A stretch of 64,000 nucleotides of DNA from Candidatus Poribacteria bacterium (GTDB taxonomy: Bacteria > Poribacteria > WGA-4E > WGA-3G): assembly GCA_965215265.1 (NCBI GenBank), contig OZ244048.1, positions 2,656,001-2,720,000 on the forward strand. Direction: 5' to 3'. A program made the position numbers and the translations under genes. The notes beneath the pieces were generated by a model that worked only from the letters and a program-made list of their open reading frames with translations, was not told where the DNA came from and made no database searches. Below are positions 58,663-64,000 of the stretch, in pieces (positions within the stretch are counted from its first letter, which is position 1; every line of letters starts with the position of its first letter).

Positions 58663-58734
58663 ATCCCCAGTTTTCGAGAAACCCCGAATTGACACGCTAT
58701 CAAGTAACCGTGTCAATTCCCCTCAAAACTGAAT

Positions 58735-58750
58735 TGGCATATATTTTGCA
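58735..58750 (+). promoter_or_regulatory. Sigma54 -24/-12 promoter of glnA
   Basis: TGGCAT-ATATT-TTGCA (GG-N10-GC). Confidence 0.8.
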
Positions 58751-58925
58751 TAACAATACGTATAAAGGTTCGTCAAAGTTCATGAGTTGCACATTCAGCG
58801 ACGAACCCATGACGTGTTGTCAATTAAGACGCGGTCTATACGTATCTATAAGACGTATAGGAAATCGAAACACAGAAAAAGTGTTCCTAACAAAAACCGC
58901 CGATAGAATATAATTAGGAGGCTTA

Positions 58926-60347
58926 GTGCGAATGACACCCAGTGACGTAGTTGCACTTGCAAAAGAAAACGATATAAAGATAGTCGACTTGAAATTCATG
59001 GACTTACCGGGAATGTGGCAGCACTTCTCAATTATGGTCGATGAGCTCGACGAGTCTCTCTTTGAAGACGGTATCGGGTTTGACGGCTCAAGTATCCGCG
59101 GCTTCCAGGCTATTAACGAGAGCGACATGCTCCTCTTTCCGGACCCTGCCACAGCACTCGTCGATCCCGTCTGTCAGGTCCCAACTCTGAGCATCACGTG
59201 TAACATTAAAGATCCGATTACTTTGGAGAATTACACACGTGATGTCCGACACATTGCTCAGAAGGCTGAAGCCTACCTCCAATCAACCGGCATCGCTGAT
59301 GTCAGTTACTGGGGGCCCGAAGCAGAATTCTACCTTTTGAACGATATACGTTACGGCCAGAACCAACATTCCGGATTCTACTTTGTGGATTCTGTTGAAG
59401 GCAGTTGGAATTCCGGACGCGCCGAGAACCCTAACCTTGGTTACAAGCCACGCTATAAGGAGGGCTACTTCCCTGTACCTCCATCCGATACACTTCAAGA
59501 CATCAGGTCTGAGATCTGCTTGAAACTCATCGAATCCGGTGTCCCTGTAGAAGTACATCACCATGAAGTCGGCACCGCAGGACAGGGAGAGATTGATATC
59601 CGGTTTGACACTCTCACCAGCGTCGGTGATAAAATTGCGTTGTATAAGTACATCATCAAAAATGTCGCACGTGCACACAATCTGGTCGCAACCTTCATGC
59701 CAAAGCCTCTCTTCCAAGACAACGGCTCCGGAATGCACGTTCACCAGAGCCTCTGGAAGAACGGGAAGAACGTCTTCTACGATGCCCAAGGTTATTCGCT
59801 CTTGAGCGATGATGCGCTCTATTACATCGGCGGCTTGCTGAAGCATGCACGTTCACTCTGTGCAATTATCGCCCCCACCACCAACTCCTACAAACGTCTG
59901 GTGCCGGGGTACGAAGCACCGGTCAACATCGCCTACTCTCAACGTAACCGCAGTGCATGCGTCCGAATACCTGTCTACTCAAAGAGTGAAAATGCAAAAC
60001 GCGTCGAATTCCGGACGCCTGACCCCTCTTGTAACCCTTATCTCGCTTTCAGCGCGCTCCTCATGGCAGGGCTTGACGGTATTCAGAACCGCATCCACCC
60101 AGGAGACCCCCTGGACAAAGACCTTTACGATCTCGAACCAGAAGAACTCGCAGATATTGAGTCCACACCTGTCTCGCTTGGCGACTCCCTTGACGCATTG
60201 GAGGACGACCACGAATATCTCTTGAAGGGCGATGTGTTTACACAAGACGTACTGGATGTCTGGATCGATTACAAACGGGAAAATGAGGTCGACGCAATTA
60301 ATATGCGGCCGCACCCTTACGAGTTCTTCCTCTATCATGATATCTAA
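58926..60347 (+). CDS. glnA: Glutamine synthetase type I (GSI-beta)
   Basis: [45 protein letters not shown], adenylylation-site KDLY. Confidence 0.98.
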   Translation: MRMTPSDVVALAKENDIKIVDLKFMDLPGMWQHFSIMVDELDESLFEDGIGFDGSSIRGFQAINESDMLLFPDPATALVDPVCQVPTLSITCNIKDPITLENYTRDVRHIAQKAEAYLQSTGIADVSYWGPEAEFYLLNDIRYGQNQHSGFYFVDSVEGSWNSGRAENPNLGYKPRYKEGYFPVPPSDTLQDIRSEICLKLIESGVPVEVHHHEVGTAGQGEIDIRFDTLTSVGDKIALYKYIIKNVARAHNLVATFMPKPLFQDNGSGMHVHQSLWKNGKNVFYDAQGYSLLSDDALYYIGGLLKHARSLCAIIAPTTNSYKRLVPGYEAPVNIAYSQRNRSACVRIPVYSKSENAKRVEFRTPDPSCNPYLAFSALLMAGLDGIQNRIHPGDPLDKDLYDLEPEELADIESTPVSLGDSLDALEDDHEYLLKGDVFTQDVLDVWIDYKRENEVDAINMRPHPYEFFLYHDI

Positions 60348-60360
60348 GTTGTGCCAACCC

Positions 60361-60384
60361 GGGCGAATTCGCGGCAATTCGCCC
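60361..60384 (+). other. Intercistronic hairpin between glnA and P-II
   Basis: GGGCGAATT-6 nt-AATTCGCCC; no U-tract. Confidence 0.5.
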
Positions 60385-60416
60385 AGCACACCGCGAAAAA
60401 TCGCGACTATCAATAA

Positions 60417-60767
<351 letters not shown>

Positions 60768-61251
60768 AACGGGCCGGTTTACCTTCACGCTCTTTTTTAG
60801 TTTCCATGCTTGCAGCACCTCCATGTCCCCACGTGGGGGCATGGAGTTCAACACCTCCGTCTCACTTCTCATTCAACAGCCATAACTCTCGTATCATACT
60901 GTCTGTAATCAATCAGAATCTTGTAGGTTTGAGATACTTGCCTTGTCTTTTTCTAATCGCGCCCGCCCACCCGAATCCTCTCTCCTTTCAGGAGAGATAT
61001 GATTACGGAGTTGAGGTTAAAAGGTAGAGACATCGTATCCTAAAGGGTACGAGACTCTACCTATCCCTCAACCTTTTCCCTGCCACCACAGGCGAGACAA
61101 ATAGCAAACTCACACAACCATACGCACAACTCAAATCACAAGACGATTCTCAGGAGCCTTACCTAACTGAACTTCACAACACGCCAAGCTGCCTATATTT
61201 TTTAGCCAGACGCAGTGCAGAAGGTAGATTGCATGTGTCACAAAAAAACAC

Positions 61252-61659
61252 GTGCAAATTATCTCCACTTATGTTACAATATACGTACACCCTCCAGACA
61301 AAATAGGCGACATATACGCTTGCGCTACGACAGAAAAAATGGAATACGCAGAAGAATACCGGACGATGTGCCGACACCCCGAAATCCAGGCACTCCGACC
61401 TAAAAAAAACGAAGCCTTATGGGTGCCAACGCAAGAACAACTCCAGACACTCTTGCAGCAGAAACTCCCGTACCCAGACTCCGCCATTTTTCGCAAAACC
61501 GCAGACGGCTGGGAATACCAGACACGCCTTCGCGAATGGGCAGACGATTACGGCACCTATATTGACACGCAACGCTCCTTTAGCGCTGAATCACCTCAAC
61601 TCGTCCTCTTACAAGCTTTAAGCGCAGCACTCGGCATAACAGAAATATGGATGGTATGA
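61252..61659 (+). CDS. Hypothetical protein
   Basis: EEYRTMC..PEIQ..WVPTQEQLQ; co-oriented with the next gene. True start may be the internal ATG (MEYAEEY). Confidence 0.65.
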   Translation: MQIISTYVTIYVHPPDKIGDIYACATTEKMEYAEEYRTMCRHPEIQALRPKKNEALWVPTQEQLQTLLQQKLPYPDSAIFRKTADGWEYQTRLREWADDYGTYIDTQRSFSAESPQLVLLQALSAALGITEIWMV

Positions 61660-61675
61660 AAGGAAATACAAACGC

Positions 61676-62392
61676 ATGAACTTTGGAACACTACTCTCTA
61701 CAATTCGAGATTACCAACACGCAGGTACAACGAATCTGGAAATGCTAACACGCCTTCTTAATAGCACGTTCGGGGACTGGCTTGCATCACACGGCATCAG
61801 TTACCTTGCGATGCTAAACGACGACAAATTCTGTCTTAACGTGACAGGTGAACTAAAAAACGAGACGCACCCGCAAATAAACGGAATAGCGTTCTACAAC
61901 CGCTTTTTTACCGTTTACATCAACGAAGCCGCCCAAAATCCGACTGCAATCTCCAACGCACTCTACCTCTACAATTCCGATGGCGACGGCGCTTACGTAT
62001 GGTTCATACCCGACGGATACATGGCAGCACTCACGCCAACTGAACAAGAGTGGGAACAGCACGGCGGGGGCTATTTTTCACACGAATCCATCTGTATCTC
62101 TAACACAGCGGATAGGAATACCCGCTGTCGTCTTGACGTGCTTTATGAAGATATCCACACGGAAAATGTCTCTTCTGAATTCGACGTGCACGCCCACCGC
62201 TCTGTGCATTACCGACTCGATAAACTGAAAAACGCTGCCGGCGAACCGCTCATCGCGAAAGACGCGCCCGTCAGCTACAAAATCACCAGCCGGGATACCC
62301 GCATCGTCGTCCAAGGCTCGCGAATCTTGACCAGTGGGGAGAACAGCAGCTTTGCTAGCTTCGGCACCGTCATGGCGTGGACACCACAATAA
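61676..62392 (+). CDS. Sensory rhodopsin transducer (ASRT)-family domain protein with an extra N-terminal domain
   Basis: WFIPDGY, SHESICISNT, V.AHRSVHYRL, IVVQ.SR match the ASRT pattern. Confidence 0.75.
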   Translation: MNFGTLLSTIRDYQHAGTTNLEMLTRLLNSTFGDWLASHGISYLAMLNDDKFCLNVTGELKNETHPQINGIAFYNRFFTVYINEAAQNPTAISNALYLYNSDGDGAYVWFIPDGYMAALTPTEQEWEQHGGGYFSHESICISNTADRNTRCRLDVLYEDIHTENVSSEFDVHAHRSVHYRLDKLKNAAGEPLIAKDAPVSYKITSRDTRIVVQGSRILTSGENSSFASFGTVMAWTPQ

Positions 62393-62447
62393 CCGATGGA
62401 GACGATGGAGAATTGGTGCACTTTATCACCTCAACTCACACAACAAA

Positions 62448-64000
62448 TTAGAGATGCCGCCGATTCCAAAACGCGTAAATTAATGCCGTAATCGGAATGG
62501 CTAATACCAAGCCAAGCGTACCAGCGAGCAGACGCACAATCTCTGCAGACACCACACCGATGCTCAATAACTGCGCCGGCGGTGCCTTAAAAAAGTCCAG
62601 ATTCGGCGCAGCGATGGTGATTACCAACAGCAACTCCACCCCTAAATACGCAAACACTAACGTATTCACCATCGTGCCCAGAATATCCGTACCAACGTTC
62701 AATCCAGAAGCGATGAGCCGCCACGTCGGCATGTTCGGATTCGCACGACGAATCTCCTCCATGCTTGAGGCGACTTCAATCGCCCCGTCAACAGCAACAC
62801 CCAACACACCCATCAACATACCTGCTAACAGAATCTGCACGAAATCAAAAGGCGGTGTTCGCGTGGCTTCTACAATATCCGCTGAAATCGCATTCTCTAA
62901 ACCTGAAAAATGGAGATGGCGCTGCGCAAATAACACTATTAAACCCGAAACGAGAATGCCACCCATGGTACCCAGCACCGCTGAAAACGTCTTCCGGCTC
63001 GGACCGATAACAAATACTAACGACACAAACGCAACCGCACCGGAGGTTAACGTTACAATAAAAACAGCGTTCGCGCCTTGCAATATCATCGGCAGCATAA
63101 AGAAATAGATCACCGCCCCTGAAATTAGCATCGCGCACGCAGTACGAATCCCCTCTATCCTACCCACAACGATGATTAGCAATAACATACCCCCAACGAG
63201 CCACACCAGGAATCCATCGCGTCCATATTCTTGAACGATATTCACAAGCCCCATCCGTTCTGCATCCCCGCCGACACGGCATAGCACTATATCCCCCGGC
63301 TCCGCCGGTATGCTCAATAACGGCATATTGTGGTTAACAATATTTCGTAATACGATGCGCCGCCCTTTATACAGTCCGCTCAGCAACTCAACCTCAAGGA
63401 TGTGATGCTCTGTCTTCGTGTCATAAACATTAAGTGCCGGGACGGAAGAGGTGCTGCCCGATGCCGGAAACTGTTCGCGAATGCTGTACGTCTGCTCGTA
63501 TGTTTTATCTGAAATCAGCCAACGGCTATCTTTCCACGGTTTAATCGAAACAGAAACATCATCTGAAATAAGAATGTTCTGCCGAGTAAAGACTTCACGC
63601 AAACCCACCGAAAACATCTTATTGTCCAAATCCACGCTATAATCCGCATCAACCGAAAAAAGAAACTCCCCACTCGACTCAAGCAGCCGGATAACCTTCC
63701 CCTTCGCATACTCCGAACGGGTGAGGAGTTGTCCCTCTGCATCATGATTTTCACTAATTGTCGCAGAATTTCGCTGCACGCCATAGTAAACCGTAACCGT
63801 TCCAATTAGCACAAGTACCATCGTAATCGGCACCGCTATGCGCGACGCACTCCGCGGATTATCCGCACGGAACAATTCTTCTAACTCTGCCTCCGAAGGC
63901 AAATCGTCGTGGATATCCGATTGCTCTACCTTCGCGTACCGCGTCAAGAACCCGGCTATCCCTGCCGCAATCGGCACCGTCAACACCAATCCAATCGTTC
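62448..64000 (-). CDS. YibE/F family membrane protein (5' part beyond the window)
   Basis: LGVAVD, GLNVGTDILGTMVNTLVFAYLG, EIVRLLAGTLGLVLAIPIT. Confidence 0.88.
   Translation of the reverse strand, partial: TIGLVLTVPIAAGIAGFLTRYAKVEQSDIHDDLPSEAELEELFRADNPRSASRIAVPITMVLVLIGTVTVYYGVQRNSATISENHDAEGQLLTRSEYAKGKVIRLLESSGEFLFSVDADYSVDLDNKMFSVGLREVFTRQNILISDDVSVSIKPWKDSRWLISDKTYEQTYSIREQFPASGSTSSVPALNVYDTKTEHHILEVELLSGLYKGRRIVLRNIVNHNMPLLSIPAEPGDIVLCRVGGDAERMGLVNIVQEYGRDGFLVWLVGGMLLLIIVVGRIEGIRTACAMLISGAVIYFFMLPMILQGANAVFIVTLTSGAVAFVSLVFVIGPSRKTFSAVLGTMGGILVSGLIVLFAQRHLHFSGLENAISADIVEATRTPPFDFVQILLAGMLMGVLGVAVDGAIEVASSMEEIRRANPNMPTWRLIASGLNVGTDILGTMVNTLVFAYLGVELLLVITIAAPNLDFFKAPPAQLLSIGVVSAEIVRLLAGTLGLVLAIPITALIYAFWNRRHL

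Noticed and set aside
60818-60846. Hairpin CTCCATGTCCCC-ACGT-GGGGGCATGGAG after glnB
   Set aside because: Adequately explained as a terminator or stabilising hairpin; nothing suggests more.

Overview
Bacterial chromosomal window, most likely Candidatus Poribacteria. This is inferred from the C-terminal 'V-E/S-P-x-x-K/T-L/Q-x-T-x-W-x-x-L/I-K' motif on three secreted proteins and from the many PhyH, Gfo/Idh/MocA, TPR and TolB-like genes. Most of it is metabolic or housekeeping DNA: MFS transporter, DUF4838, VWA, oxidoreductases, rfbB, the pth/rplY/tRNA-Gln/ispE cluster, argD, def, larE, glcF, dcd, and glnA-glnB with a sigma54/NtrC-type promoter. A defence-rich stretch at about 15.9-30 kb holds a decayed type III-RM Mod gene, a fused REase-MTase-TRD gene, and a type III-B CRISPR effector module (csx1, cmr1-6). 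The module has no cas1, cas2, cas6 or array in the window, only one degenerate repeat-like 30-mer. The most striking feature is Cmr6, which carries a ~140-aa C-terminal module resembling the wHTH+RelE half of Cami1 (CARF-RelE) effectors with the catalytic end apparently missing. It sits directly upstream of a frameshifted, truncated Cami1/APE2256-type CARF gene. All homology calls are by eye from motifs; no database searches were run.
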